DNA from: Armatimonadota bacterium
GTDB lineage: Bacteria; Armatimonadota; UBA10988
DNA: 64,000 bases
NCBI GenBank assembly: GCA_016235455.1
Contig: JACRKZ010000008.1
Coordinates: forward strand, 51,584 to 115,583
Reading direction: 5' to 3'
This document shows positions 9,291 to 19,602 of this stretch, in pieces. Position numbers and translations under genes: made by a program. Under the pieces are notes generated by a model. It was not told the origin of the DNA and ran no database searches. It saw only the letters and a program-made list of their open reading frames with translations. Numbering within the stretch: position 1 is the stretch's first letter; the number at the start of each line of letters is the position of its first letter.

Positions 9291-10285
9291 TTGACCGCTC
9301 CCTTGGCTCGGTTGTGTTCGGCCTCGGTGCGGCTGAAGATGTGGCGGTTGCCCGGCCCGAGCACGTAGAACAGGTAGTCATGCTTCTCGGGGCGCAGCGC
9401 GGCCGCGAGGCTGGGCTTGCCGGGGCAGCAGATGGGCCCTGGCGGCAAGCCCTTGACGCGGTAGGTGTTGTACGGCGAGTCCACCTTCAGGTCGCTGTAC
9501 ATCACGCGCTGCTTGTGGCGCCCGAGGGCGTAGAGCACCGTGGCATCGATCTGCAGGCGCATGCCGGTACGCAGGCGGTTGGCGATCACGCCGGCGATGC
9601 GCGCGCGCTCGTCGTCGCCGCGGGCTTCGCGCTCGATGAGCGAGGCGATGGTCACCACGGCATGCCGCGTGCGGCCGGCCAGGAGGCGGTCGCCGTCGAT
9701 GTCGCGCCACACCTCCTCGAACCGCCGGAGTTGCAGCGCCACCAGCTTCTCGGCATTGGGCGGCGGGTCGACGGTGTAGGTGTCGGGGAACAGATAGCCT
9801 TCGAGCGTGGCCCGCGCGGGCAGGCCGAGCCCGGCCGCGTCGGGTGCCGCCGCGGCCGTCGCCGCGGCCAGATAGGCGTCAGCGGTGCTGATACCGACCT
9901 TCTCGGCGCGTTCGGCGCACTGGCCCAGGCCGAAGCCCTCGGGGAAGGTGACCCGGCGCTCGGCGGTACGGCCCGACGCGAACAGGCTCTGCAACTGGTC
10001 GACGCTCATGGCCGGCGACACGATGTACGCCCCGGCCTTGAGGCCGAGATGCTTCTGACGTGCCCTGAGGCGGAAGGCGCGAGCGCTGCGGATCACGCCT
10101 TCGCCGGCAAGTTGCTCGCCGACCGCGCGCGCCGAAGCGCCCGACTGCACGCGGAACAGGCGGTCTTCGCCCCCGCCCGCGGCGGTCAAGGCACGACGAT
10201 ACCAGCGCAACGCGGCCCAGGGGCCGAGGGTGAGCAGCAGCACCGCGGCCAGCGCCGCGCCTAGGACAAAACGACGTACGGTCAT
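9287..10285 (-). CDS. mltG: Endolytic transglycosylase MltG
   Basis: N-terminal TM, TFPEG, LEGYLFPDTY, ASLIERE, LQIDATVLY, SPYNTY, GLPPGPI. Confidence 0.95.
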   Translation of the reverse strand: MTVRRFVLGAALAAVLLLTLGPWAALRWYRRALTAAGGGEDRLFRVQSGASARAVGEQLAGEGVIRSARAFRLRARQKHLGLKAGAYIVSPAMSVDQLQSLFASGRTAERRVTFPEGFGLGQCAERAEKVGISTADAYLAAATAAAAPDAAGLGLPARATLEGYLFPDTYTVDPPPNAEKLVALQLRRFEEVWRDIDGDRLLAGRTRHAVVTIASLIEREARGDDERARIAGVIANRLRTGMRLQIDATVLYALGRHKQRVMYSDLKVDSPYNTYRVKGLPPGPICCPGKPSLAAALRPEKHDYLFYVLGPGNRHIFSRTEAEHNRAKGAVK

Positions 10286-10291
10286 GCCGAT

Positions 10292-10300
10292 ATGGTAGCA
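10292..10300 (-). promoter_or_regulatory. Extended -10 element (TGcTACCAT) 6 nt upstream of the mltG ATG; probable leaderless promoter
   Basis: Minus strand reads tgcTACCATatcggcATG; no SD sequence. Confidence 0.55.
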
Positions 10301-10414
10301 CGGCCTCGCCGTGGCGGGACCGTCGGGACTCGCGCGCGATCGCGGCGCGCCAAACCGAGCTACAATGGTGCCGCGAGGCCGCCCGGCCGGCCTGCTCGAG
10401 GACGGTGGCTAGCC

Positions 10415-12235
10415 ATGCGTTGGTACGGCAGTTGGCGCATCCGCACGCAGCTCGCCGCCATCATGGCGGTGGCGCTCTCGCCCGCCGCGGTGCTGCTGGT
10501 CAGCGCCTACCACCGTTCGCCCCAAGGCGTGGCGTGGCTCGCGTTGGTCACGCTGCTCGCGGCGCTACTGGCCTGGCGCATGTGGCGTAGCGGGCCGGCC
10601 CGCCGCCTGGACCATGTCCTGGCCGTGGCGCAGGCGCTGGGCCGCGGCGACCTGAGCGCCCGCGCGCCGCTCGACGAGGCGGAACACGAGCTCGGCCCCT
10701 TGGCGCGCGCACTCGACGAGGCAGCCCAGGCGCTGCGCGGCAGCGAGCAGCAACTGCGCGACCTGCTTGAGCTGCTGCCCTTGGCCGCCAGCATCACCGA
10801 CGCCGAGGGCGGCGTGCGCATGGTCAACCACCAGCATGTGGCGCTGTTTGGCTACCCGCCTGAGTCGATCCCCGATGCCGAGGCCTGGTTCCGGTTGACC
10901 CAGCCCGACCCCGCCAGCCAGCACGCGGAGCTGGCCCAATGGCGCGACGATCTGGCCGAGGCCGCGCGCCGTGGCGCCGCCACGCCGTGCCGCGAGTACC
11001 GCGTGCGGTGTGCCGATGGCACGACCCGCGACGTGGAGATCACGCATCGCCCGCTCGGCCATCTGGGCGTGACCGTCTACGTCGATGTCACGGAGCGCAA
11101 CGGGCGCGCCCGGGAGCACCTGGTCAGCGAACGCGAGCGCCTCGTCAGCCAGTCACAGGCCAGCCTGGGCACACTGGCTGGCGGCGTGGCCCACGACTTC
11201 AACAACCTCCTGACCACCATCATCGGTGGCATCGAGCTGGCGACGCTGGCCAACGGCGAGGACGCGCCCGGCGCCGACGAGCTGCGCCTGGCGCTGTCGG
11301 CGGCGCAACGTGCCGCCGACCTGACCAGCCAGATGCTGGCCTATTCAGGCCAGGGCGTGCGGCAGTTGGCCGACGTGGACCTGGGCTACGCCGCGCGCCG
11401 CGCTGCCGGCGCCATGCTGCCGGTCATGGGCGAGCGCGCCGACCTCAACCTGGCCCTGGCGTCGAGCCTGCCCCTGTTCCGCTCCGACCCGATCGAGATC
11501 GAGCGGCTGATCGTCAGCCTGATCACCAACGGCCTGGAGGCCGTGCCGGCGGACCGGCACGGCAGCGTGACGGTGCGCACCGGCCTGGCGGAGTACGACG
11601 CGGCCGCGCTGGCCTCCAGCCGCACGCCGCGCCCGCCGCGACCTGGCGCGTTCGTCTGGGTCGAAGTGCGCGACGACGGTGTTGGCATGGACGACGAGAC
11701 CCAACGCCGCCTGTTCGAGCCGTTCTACTCCACCAAGTTCGCCGGCCGCGGGCTGAGCCTGCCCGCGGTCCAGGGCATCGTCGGCTCCTGTGGCGGGGCC
11801 ATCTTCATCGACAGCCAACCGGGCCAAGGCACAACGGTCCGCGTGCTGTTCCCGCCCGACAACGACGGCGAGCCGTGCGTGCTCGTGGTCGATGACGACG
11901 ACGATGTGCGCGACCTGGCCGTGTCGTTCGCCACGCGCTGCGGCTGGCGCGCGATCGGTGTGGCTGACGGCGCGGCGGCGCTGGCCGAGGCGGCGCGCTT
12001 GGGCCGTCAGCTGCGCGTGGTATTGCTCGATCTGTCCATGCCCGACCGCGACGGCCGGGCCGTACTGGCCGATCTGCGAGCGCTGTCGGCCGCTCTGCCA
12101 GTGGTTGTCTGCAGCGGCCACGACCGGGCCGAGGCCCTGGCCGACCTGGCCCAACTCAAGCCCTCTGGATTCCTGAGCAAGCCATTCACCATGGCCAGCT
12201 TCGAGCAAGCCCTCCAGGCTGCGGCGCTGGCCTGA
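10415..12235 (+). CDS. Membrane hybrid sensor histidine kinase (2 TM-HAMP-PAS-HisKA-HATPase-REC)
   Basis: GVAHDFNNLL H-box, DDGVGM, LFEPFYSTK, C-terminal receiver VVDDD...LLDLSMP...KPF; TACAAT at 10361-10366 upstream. Confidence 0.9.
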   Translation: MRWYGSWRIRTQLAAIMAVALSPAAVLLVSAYHRSPQGVAWLALVTLLAALLAWRMWRSGPARRLDHVLAVAQALGRGDLSARAPLDEAEHELGPLARALDEAAQALRGSEQQLRDLLELLPLAASITDAEGGVRMVNHQHVALFGYPPESIPDAEAWFRLTQPDPASQHAELAQWRDDLAEAARRGAATPCREYRVRCADGTTRDVEITHRPLGHLGVTVYVDVTERNGRAREHLVSERERLVSQSQASLGTLAGGVAHDFNNLLTTIIGGIELATLANGEDAPGADELRLALSAAQRAADLTSQMLAYSGQGVRQLADVDLGYAARRAAGAMLPVMGERADLNLALASSLPLFRSDPIEIERLIVSLITNGLEAVPADRHGSVTVRTGLAEYDAAALASSRTPRPPRPGAFVWVEVRDDGVGMDDETQRRLFEPFYSTKFAGRGLSLPAVQGIVGSCGGAIFIDSQPGQGTTVRVLFPPDNDGEPCVLVVDDDDDVRDLAVSFATRCGWRAIGVADGAAALAEAARLGRQLRVVLLDLSMPDRDGRAVLADLRALSAALPVVVCSGHDRAEALADLAQLKPSGFLSKPFTMASFEQALQAAALA

Positions 12236-12343
12236 CCGGGCCGTGGATCGCCCAGCTTTGACATGACCTCCACGGACTGGCATACTGCGAGTCGCCGCCG
12301 CAATCGTGGGGCGGTGGCAAGCAGATATCGTGGCGGGTGCGGC

Positions 12344-13486
12344 GTGTCCAACTCCTGGCAAGACAGCAGCGTGCCGTCCTTCCAGCGCTGGCTGGAGGCC
12401 GATCCGGGTCCCGTGGCCTGGGTCGATGCGCAGGCCCGGTTTGGTGCGGTGAACCGGCGCTTTGCCGAGTGGTTCGGCGTCAACGCCGACGACCTCGTCG
12501 GCCAGCCGCGGGCCACCATGCTCAGCCGGCTGCTCACGCCCATGGCCGACGACGCCGGCGCCTACGATCCCCTTCTCCTGGCCGACCCGCCGCTGCGCGC
12601 CGTAACCGTCAGGCTGGCGCCGCGCGCCGGCGAGACCGACGGCTGGCGTTATGTCAGCGTGGCCCTGACCGACGACGATGACCAGGTACTCGGCTGGCGC
12701 GACTGCCTCGAACCGCCCGGCATGACCGCCGCGTTGGCCGCGGGCGAGGAGCAGCGCCTGGCCGACCGCGATCGCCTCGCGGCGCGCGTCAGCCACGAGT
12801 TGCGCACGCCGATGACGGCGGTCATCGGTTTCTGCCACATGCTCCTGGAGTACAGCAATCCGCTGGACAACTCACAGCGCTCGTATGTGCAGAAGATCCT
12901 GCGCAACGCCTCGATCCTGCTGCAGTTGCTGAACAATGTGCTCGACACGGCCAGCCTGCGCGAAGGCGGCCTGAGCGTGTGCTGGGAGCTGATCGACCCC
13001 GAGGTGCTGATGGTCGACGCGGCCAGCGCGGTGGAGCCGCAGCACTGCGAGAAGGATCTGGACCTGGACGTCCATGTCGACGCCGATCTGCCCGACTTCT
13101 ACAGCGATCGCCTCAAGCTCAAGCAGATCCTGATCAACCTGCTGTCCAACGCGGTCAAGTACACCGAGCGCGGCGGCGTGCAGGTGGACGCGCGGCTGGT
13201 CGGCGAGAGCGTGGAGATCCGGGTGACCGACACCGGCTCGGGCATCGCGCCCGACCAGCTGGAGCGCGTCTTCGAGCCCTATGTGCAGGTGCCGGGCGCG
13301 GCCGCCGCCAGCAAGACGCCGTCCACCGGGCTCGGCCTGAGTATCGCACGGGCCATGGCGGAGCTGTTGGGTGGCACGCTCACCGCCGAGAGCACGCTGG
13401 GCCGCGGATCGACCTTCACGCTGCGCCTGCCGCTGCACATGACCTTGCCCGAGGTCAGTCCTCCCAGCGCGCCGACGCCGGCTTGA
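12344..13486 (+). CDS. Cytoplasmic PAS-domain sensor histidine kinase
   Basis: PAS-like N-terminus, SHELRTP, LINLLSNAVKYT, DTGSGI, GLGLSI; start uncertain (GTG 12344 or ATG 12263). Confidence 0.88.
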   Translation: MSNSWQDSSVPSFQRWLEADPGPVAWVDAQARFGAVNRRFAEWFGVNADDLVGQPRATMLSRLLTPMADDAGAYDPLLLADPPLRAVTVRLAPRAGETDGWRYVSVALTDDDDQVLGWRDCLEPPGMTAALAAGEEQRLADRDRLAARVSHELRTPMTAVIGFCHMLLEYSNPLDNSQRSYVQKILRNASILLQLLNNVLDTASLREGGLSVCWELIDPEVLMVDAASAVEPQHCEKDLDLDVHVDADLPDFYSDRLKLKQILINLLSNAVKYTERGGVQVDARLVGESVEIRVTDTGSGIAPDQLERVFEPYVQVPGAAAASKTPSTGLGLSIARAMAELLGGTLTAESTLGRGSTFTLRLPLHMTLPEVSPPSAPTPA

Positions 13487-16052
13487 TACGCAACCGCGTG
13501 ACCTGAACCATCCCACGGATGACCAGCCGACCGTCGGGGTCGGCGTTCAGCGTCCGGTACTGTGTGTTGTGCGAACGCGACCCGGCCACACCCCTGGAGG
13601 CGCCGCCGAACGGCTGCCCTGGGGCCTGCTGGCGCGGCGTGACGAACTCCTGTTGCAGCTCGATGCGGTGCAGTGAGCCGGGCTCGATAGGATAGGCGCC
13701 GCCGTGCACGGTCAGCATCAACTCCACCTCACGCGGGTCGGCAACGGCCAGCATGGGACCGTCGGTCGCCACGCCGGCGCCGGCGCCGAACAGCCACACC
13801 TCGATGCCGTTCGGCCCATAGGCGGTGACTTGCGCCCCGGCGGCCGTGTCCAGTGGCCAGAGCGTCATGGGCAGGGCCGACTCACAGCGCATTTCGCCGG
13901 CCGCCAGCCCCGTCACCAGCCGGTTGATCAGCGGCTCGGCGCCTGGCTTGCCGTCGCGCCGCGCGCGGCGGATGATGTTCAGCCCGTTGGTGTAGACCAG
14001 GCCGTCCATGTCCGGCAGATCGACGGCCACCAGGCCGGGCGACGGCGCGGTGCGGTCGAGCCACACACGGCCCTCGCCACGGGCCGCCCAGGTGGCCTGG
14101 CCGGGAGCCACGTCGAGCACGGTCTCAATGGACGAGCGGCGCGACAGCAGTCCCTCGTGCAGCGCCTCGAACAGCGGGTCGTCGGGTCCGAACCCGTTCC
14201 ACAGCGGCCCGCTGGCAAACAGCGCGTTGCCGTGGCCGACCGGCCGCGCGAACAGCCCGGCCGACGGCGCCTCGGTGGGCACGCGCCCACCGATCTGGCA
14301 CTGCATGGCCACCACGCGCGTGTCCGGTGCGGGTAGCACGAAGGTCGCTGGCGCCAGCAACTGCGCGCGCGCCGCGCGCCGGCCCACGCTGTCGTAGATG
14401 CGCAACCGCGGGCACAGGTCGAGGACATCATCCACCACCAGTGCCCCTGGGCCCGGCAGGCCCGTGGGCAACAGCGCCAGCGGGTCCTCGCCGGGCGCCA
14501 CCTTGCGCAGGCGAGCCCGCAGCGCAGGGCTCAACGCCACTTCGAACACGGAGCAGGTGCGGCGTGGCGCCACGCCCAGCAGCCCGGCCATCGACCGCGA
14601 CATGCTCGGCTCGACGCCCCGGAAGCCCTCGCTGGCCACACCGAAGTCGGCCAGCACCGTGCCGCCGGCCTCGGCATACTGCGCCAGCCGGGCCACCTGG
14701 TCCTCGCTGAGGAAGTAGCCGGCGGGCACAAACACGCAGCCGTAGCCGCTCAAGTCGACGCGGTAGGTCGATGCCGCGGCGTCGGCGCCGCGCGCCATGA
14801 GATCGCGCGGCGTGATGACATCGAGCGGCCCGAAGCGCGTGCCGCCGCGCAGCAGCGCCAGCAGGCCCGCGGGCTCCTCGCCACCGATGCTGCTGTAACC
14901 GTACCAGCCCGCGCCATAGAGCGCCGGGCCCTGCGCCCAGGGCGAGAGGACGATGGCGGAGCAGCCGCGCTGCTCGAATCCCGCCGCCTGTTGCGTGGCC
15001 AGTTCGGCCAGCACTTCAGCCACGGCCCGCTGGCGCAGCGGGTCGTCTGCCAGCGCGGGCCAGTCGGCGAAGCTGAGCCCCGCCACCCCGCGGGCCGCGG
15101 CACGCAGCGCCAGACGGCGGATGCCGTCGGCCGGCGCAGTGGCATCGAGGCAGACCAGCGGCGCGAACCGCCCAGCCTGCGAGGCCAAGCTAGCCAGCTC
15201 GTAGGGATCGACCACGGCGCCGCCCATGGGCACCATGGACGGCTGCAGGCCGGCCAGCTCCTCGGGTGCCACCAGCAGCGTGCGGCCCCGGCTCATGCGC
15301 CCGCCAATCACGGGCCGCGACGGGTCCACCGCATGGATCGTGCGCTCCCAGCCGCGCAGCAGCCAGGCGATGCTGGTCGCCCGCCAGCGCGCCACGTCGA
15401 GCGTCGGGCGCCCGCAGCGGCCGGGCCGCGCATCGTCGATGGCCAGGGCCAAGTCGGGCGTGGGCAGCGTCTCGTCCGGCAACTCGCGACCCCAGGCCGC
15501 ATGCAGGTTCAGCTGCGAACCGTACTGCTGGTCCAGCCAGGCCGTGAAATGCGCTGGCGCCCAGGCCAGATTCTCCTCGGCATCGTGCTGCAGAGCCCAG
15601 GCTACGACGCCCGGCTGATCGGCCCACGCCGTCACGGTGGCGGTAAGCCAGCCGTCCATGGCGGCCAGGCGCGCGCGGTCGGCCGTGGACAACGCGCCCG
15701 GCCCGGCGGCGGCCGTGATGGCGTTGAGCCCGACAATCACCGCCAGCCCGCGCCGGCTGGCCGCGTCGGCCAGGTCGCGCGCCGCCGCATCGGCCGCAGG
15801 GTCGCCGGTCAGGTCGACATAGACCGTGTTGAGCCCCAGCCGCGCGTAGGCCTCCAGCTGCGCGGGGTCGCGCAGGCCAAAGGCATACGACAGCAGCACG
15901 GGCTGGTCGTGCCAATGGAATCGCGCACCTTCGAGCCGCGGGAACGTGGGTTCGGCACGCGGTGTGGCGGGCTGCGCGACCGAGGGCGACGCCACGGCCA
16001 GGAGCCATAGGGCGACACAGAGCCAGCGCTGGAGCCAGGTTGACAGAGGCAT
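13455..16052 (-). CDS. Secreted GH42/beta-galactosidase-like protein, apparently degenerate
   Basis: Signal peptide; GLNTVY, FTAWLDQQYGSQLNLHAAWG and DLSGYGCVFVP...AGGTVL (trimerisation domain) resemble GH42; catalytic NE motif not evident. Confidence 0.6.
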   Translation of the reverse strand: MPLSTWLQRWLCVALWLLAVASPSVAQPATPRAEPTFPRLEGARFHWHDQPVLLSYAFGLRDPAQLEAYARLGLNTVYVDLTGDPAADAAARDLADAASRRGLAVIVGLNAITAAAGPGALSTADRARLAAMDGWLTATVTAWADQPGVVAWALQHDAEENLAWAPAHFTAWLDQQYGSQLNLHAAWGRELPDETLPTPDLALAIDDARPGRCGRPTLDVARWRATSIAWLLRGWERTIHAVDPSRPVIGGRMSRGRTLLVAPEELAGLQPSMVPMGGAVVDPYELASLASQAGRFAPLVCLDATAPADGIRRLALRAAARGVAGLSFADWPALADDPLRQRAVAEVLAELATQQAAGFEQRGCSAIVLSPWAQGPALYGAGWYGYSSIGGEEPAGLLALLRGGTRFGPLDVITPRDLMARGADAAASTYRVDLSGYGCVFVPAGYFLSEDQVARLAQYAEAGGTVLADFGVASEGFRGVEPSMSRSMAGLLGVAPRRTCSVFEVALSPALRARLRKVAPGEDPLALLPTGLPGPGALVVDDVLDLCPRLRIYDSVGRRAARAQLLAPATFVLPAPDTRVVAMQCQIGGRVPTEAPSAGLFARPVGHGNALFASGPLWNGFGPDDPLFEALHEGLLSRRSSIETVLDVAPGQATWAARGEGRVWLDRTAPSPGLVAVDLPDMDGLVYTNGLNIIRRARRDGKPGAEPLINRLVTGLAAGEMRCESALPMTLWPLDTAAGAQVTAYGPNGIEVWLFGAGAGVATDGPMLAVADPREVELMLTVHGGAYPIEPGSLHRIELQQEFVTPRQQAPGQPFGGASRGVAGSRSHNTQYRTLNADPDGRLVIRGMVQVTRLRIKPASARWED

Positions 16053-16073
16053 AGGGTTCCGCTACAGTCCCGA

Positions 16074-17267
16074 TTGTACCAACATCCGCCCTCCGAGAAA
16101 CCGCCCGTGCCAGAAATCCACCTTGAGCGCCGTCGTCGCCTGCCTTGGGCGCTGGGTTTTGTCATCGCCGCCGCGGTCTGCGACGGCTGCGGCATCGCCA
16201 ACTACCTGACCGCCGTGCTCTGGCTCGACCGCGACCAACATGCCAGGCAGATGCTGCTGGGCTTCCTGGCCTCGGTCTCCACCATCGTCTACACCAGCAC
16301 CGTGGTGCTCATCGGCAGCGTTGCCGATCGTGTCGGCCCACGGCGCATGACCTGCGCCGGCGCGGTGCTCATGGCCTTGGGCAACGCGCTGCTGATCATG
16401 GCCGGGCAGCGCTCGATGCTGATCCTCGGCATGGCCTGCAAGGGCCTGGCGGCGGCCATGTTCTGGCCCGCACTGGCCAGTTGGCTGGGCAAGGGCGCAC
16501 CGCCGCATGTTCTGCCGCGCCGACTGGCCGCCTACAACCTGGGCTGGTGCGGCGGCCAGGTGGTCGGCCTGGCCGCGGCCGGCTGGCTCTATGGGCTCAT
16601 TGGCGCGCTACCGTCGTTCGGCGTCTACAGTCTGATGTACCTGGGCCTGGCCGTGGGTGTCTGGTGGCTGCCCGAACCCAGCGCCATCGACTCCGCCGAG
16701 CCGGGGGTCGAGGCCGTGCTGAGTAGCGCCGGCGACCGCCTGGCTGCCTGGCTGACCAACTTCGGTGGCTTCTTCGTGCTGTTCGAGGTCCGCGCGCAGT
16801 TTGCACCCTATGCTCGCGACGTGCTGGGCTTCGGCGGGTCGTTGATCGGCATCTGCAACGCCCTGGTGGCGCTGGTGCAGGTGGCCGTCTTCTACTATCT
16901 CGGCCTGCGTCGGCCCGACCTGGCGCGCGGCCGCTGGCTGCTGCCCACGCAGGCGCTGGTGCTGATCACGCTCCTGCTCTCCGCCACTCTGGGTGGCTAC
17001 ACCGTCCTGCTGGTGCTGCCGGCCATCGGCCTGCTGGTGGGCGCGGCCAACACCGCCAGCCTCTACCACAGCATCAGCGGCCGCGACGATGCCGCGCGCC
17101 AGAGCGGCATTCACGAGACGGTGCTGGGCCTGGCCAACGTGCTGGGGCCAGTGCTCGGCGGCGCCGCGGCCGACCGCGCCGGGCAAAGCGCCACCTGGTG
17201 GTTGGGCGCCGGTGTGACGCTCACGGCCATGGTGCTGGCCATCATGGTGCGGCGGCGCGAGGCGTAG
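16074..17267 (+). CDS. MFS transporter
   Basis: About 12 hydrophobic helices, [11 protein letters not shown] motif [14 protein letters not shown]; alternative GTG start at 16107. Confidence 0.85.
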   Translation: MYQHPPSEKPPVPEIHLERRRRLPWALGFVIAAAVCDGCGIANYLTAVLWLDRDQHARQMLLGFLASVSTIVYTSTVVLIGSVADRVGPRRMTCAGAVLMALGNALLIMAGQRSMLILGMACKGLAAAMFWPALASWLGKGAPPHVLPRRLAAYNLGWCGGQVVGLAAAGWLYGLIGALPSFGVYSLMYLGLAVGVWWLPEPSAIDSAEPGVEAVLSSAGDRLAAWLTNFGGFFVLFEVRAQFAPYARDVLGFGGSLIGICNALVALVQVAVFYYLGLRRPDLARGRWLLPTQALVLITLLLSATLGGYTVLLVLPAIGLLVGAANTASLYHSISGRDDAARQSGIHETVLGLANVLGPVLGGAAADRAGQSATWWLGAGVTLTAMVLAIMVRRREA

Positions 17268-17283
17268 GTGGCGTGATCTCCTA

Positions 17284-17318
17284 CCCGCGACCCACGACCC
17301 ACGTCCAACGTCGCACGC
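17284..17318. repeat. Degenerate tandem heptamer array (CCCACGN x5)
   Basis: cccgcga cccacga cccacgt ccaacgt cgcacgc; TATAAT follows at 17347-17352. Confidence 0.6.
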
Positions 17319-17373
17319 CCCCTGTTGGCGCAGCCCCACAAGCAGCTATAATCGCGCACGACGGGAGCAAGCG

Positions 17374-18156
17374 ATGTCCGATTACCTGAGCGACCTGTTT
17401 GGGCTGGACGGCCAAGTGGCCGTGGTGACCGGTGGTACCGGCGTGCTGTGCGGGCACATGGCCCTGGGCCTGGCCGCCGCGGGCGCCAAGGTCGTCGTCG
17501 TCGGCCGCGACCATGACCGCGGCGCGGAGCGCGTGTCGCAGATCGAATCCGCCGGCGGCACCGCCAGCTTCTGCCCGGCAGCCGCCACCAGTCGAGAGGA
17601 CGTCGAGCAGGTGCTCGAGTTCGCCCTGGCCACGTACGGCCGCGTCGACATCCTGGTCAACGGCGCCGGCATGAACCGCGCCACGCCATTCTTTGAGATC
17701 ACCGAGGAAGAGTGGAACCAGATCCTGGACGTCAACCTGCGCGGCGCCATGCTGGCTTGCCAGGTGTTCGGCCAGTACTTCCTGGACAACAGCATCCCCG
17801 GCTCCATCATCAACCTGGGCTCCATGAGCGGTATCACGCCGTTGTCGCGAGTGTTCACCTACTCGGCCTCCAAGGCCGCGCTGCACAACCTCACTCAGAA
17901 CCTGGCGCGCGAATGGGCGCCGCGCGGCATCCGCGTCAACGCACTGGCGCCGGGCTTCTTCCCCGCGGAGCAGAACCGCAAGATCCTCACCGAGGACCGC
18001 GTCAAGAACATCTTCGCCCACACACCCATGGGCCGCTTCGGCGAGGCCGACGAGTTGATCGGCGCCACGCTGCTGCTCGCCTCCCGCCATGCCGGCAGCT
18101 TCATCACCGGCGTCATCCTGCCCGTCGATGGCGGCTTTGCTTCCATGACCATCTAG
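17374..18156 (+). CDS. Short-chain dehydrogenase/reductase (D-mannonate/gluconate oxidoreductase-like)
   Basis: [18 protein letters not shown] catalytic motif, [18 protein letters not shown]. Confidence 0.9.
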   Translation: MSDYLSDLFGLDGQVAVVTGGTGVLCGHMALGLAAAGAKVVVVGRDHDRGAERVSQIESAGGTASFCPAAATSREDVEQVLEFALATYGRVDILVNGAGMNRATPFFEITEEEWNQILDVNLRGAMLACQVFGQYFLDNSIPGSIINLGSMSGITPLSRVFTYSASKAALHNLTQNLAREWAPRGIRVNALAPGFFPAEQNRKILTEDRVKNIFAHTPMGRFGEADELIGATLLLASRHAGSFITGVILPVDGGFASMTI

Positions 18157-18171
18157 GCCCGGTAGATCCGC

Positions 18172-18228
18172 AGATGGCGCGGACGACGCAGATGGCCCGT
18201 GGGCTCATCCGCATCATCCGCGCCATCT
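18172..18228 (-). terminator. 23-bp inverted repeat between convergent genes
   Basis: agatggcgcggacgacgcagatg / catccgcatcatccgcgccatct; the three mismatches become G-U pairs on the minus-strand RNA. Confidence 0.6.
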
Positions 18229-18258
18229 TTGGGTGTTGGGGGCAGGCTGCGTCTCAGC

Positions 18259-19554
18259 TCAGTCCAGCACGTCGCCGATGACCATGATCGAGCCGATCCA
18301 CAGGTTCGTGCCGTCGTACTTCTTGGGGTCGAAGCCGGGCTTGTCCTTCTCGCGGTCGGTGACCGAGGCGCGGCTGGGTTGGTCGGCGCGGAGCGTGACC
18401 TTGATGGTGTGCTCGCCAGGCCCCAGATCCCGGGCGATGAACAGATTGGCCAGCCGGTAGTAGGTGCAGTAGCTGTCGAACCGACCCACCGGGCCGCTCT
18501 TCCTGCCATCCACCTCGATGTCGACCTGGCCGCCGTCGGGGCCGAGCAGGTCATACAGCTTGACCGTCTGACCCTTGACCCGGAAGGTGATGGTCGAGCC
18601 CGGCTTGGCGGTGTGCCACAGCTCCGGCAGGCGGTCGACGAAGTTACGCGCCAGGCCCTCGGTCGGCGGCATCTTGGTCCACTCGCCACCGAGCATGGAG
18701 GCGCGCAGTGGCACCAGCTTGGCGGCGTCCCAGTTGTCGGCGATGAGCGGTGAGCGCAGGCTGTGTTCCTCGGCCTTGGCGCCCTGCCGCCATGCGGTCA
18801 GCGCCTCGATGAGCACCTGTGTATAGACTACATGGCCGCCCTCGATGTGCGGATGCACACCGTCGTCGGAGAACAGGATCACGCCGTCGGGCGTCGGCTG
18901 CTTCTCGCCGCCGACCACCTTGGGCACGTAGATCAGCTTGCCCTCCTGGGCCAACTGCACGGTCTTGAGCGCCACGTTGATCGAAGGGATGTCGTACCAC
19001 GCCGCCACCATCTCATGCGCCGAGGCGGCCGGCGGGTTCAGGCCCTTCTCCAGGTCCTTCTCATAGCCGGTGCGGAAGGTGTAGACGAAGCAGATGTCGA
19101 TGGCCGGATCGGCGATCAGCGTCTGGCGGACGATGCCCTCCATGCCGCGAAAGCAGTCGTTGGCCGCCATGCCGCCGTCGTTCACGGCGAACTCGACGAA
19201 GACCAGATCGGGCTTCTTGCTCAGCACATCCTGCCAGCAGCGGTAGACGCCATGCTCGGAGTTCGTGCCGCCAATGGTGGCGTTGATCTCGGTCAGCTTG
19301 GCGGCCGGCCAGGTCTTGCGGAACCAGTCGAAGGTCTTCACGCGCCAGCCCGGCTGCGCGGTGATGCTGCCGCCGAAGTAGGCGATCTTGACGTCCTTGC
19401 CGGCGTCGAGTTTGGCCAGCACGTTGGGGATGCCCGAACGGCGTACAGCCATCTGCGCGGGCTGCTGCGCATAGGGCTTCATGGGCTCGGCGGCCGGGGC
19501 GGCCACCACCAGCGCCAGCAGGCCGAACAGGAGACCGAGAAACCGGGTCAACAT
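18259..19554 (-). CDS. Secreted SGNH/GDSL hydrolase
   Basis: Signal peptide, YFGGSIT block I, IGGTNS, EFAVND block III, DGVHP block V; GGAGG RBS. Confidence 0.88.
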   Translation of the reverse strand: MLTRFLGLLFGLLALVVAAPAAEPMKPYAQQPAQMAVRRSGIPNVLAKLDAGKDVKIAYFGGSITAQPGWRVKTFDWFRKTWPAAKLTEINATIGGTNSEHGVYRCWQDVLSKKPDLVFVEFAVNDGGMAANDCFRGMEGIVRQTLIADPAIDICFVYTFRTGYEKDLEKGLNPPAASAHEMVAAWYDIPSINVALKTVQLAQEGKLIYVPKVVGGEKQPTPDGVILFSDDGVHPHIEGGHVVYTQVLIEALTAWRQGAKAEEHSLRSPLIADNWDAAKLVPLRASMLGGEWTKMPPTEGLARNFVDRLPELWHTAKPGSTITFRVKGQTVKLYDLLGPDGGQVDIEVDGRKSGPVGRFDSYCTYYRLANLFIARDLGPGEHTIKVTLRADQPSRASVTDREKDKPGFDPKKYDGTNLWIGSIMVIGDVLD

Positions 19555-19602
19555 AGCTACCTCCGTCGGGGCCACAGTTGGCCCCGGCGAGTGCGACACC
19601 TT

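Noticed and set aside
17284-18228. Short repeats as a possible CRISPR array
   Set aside because: Units are 7-9 nt with no spacers, and there are no cas genes
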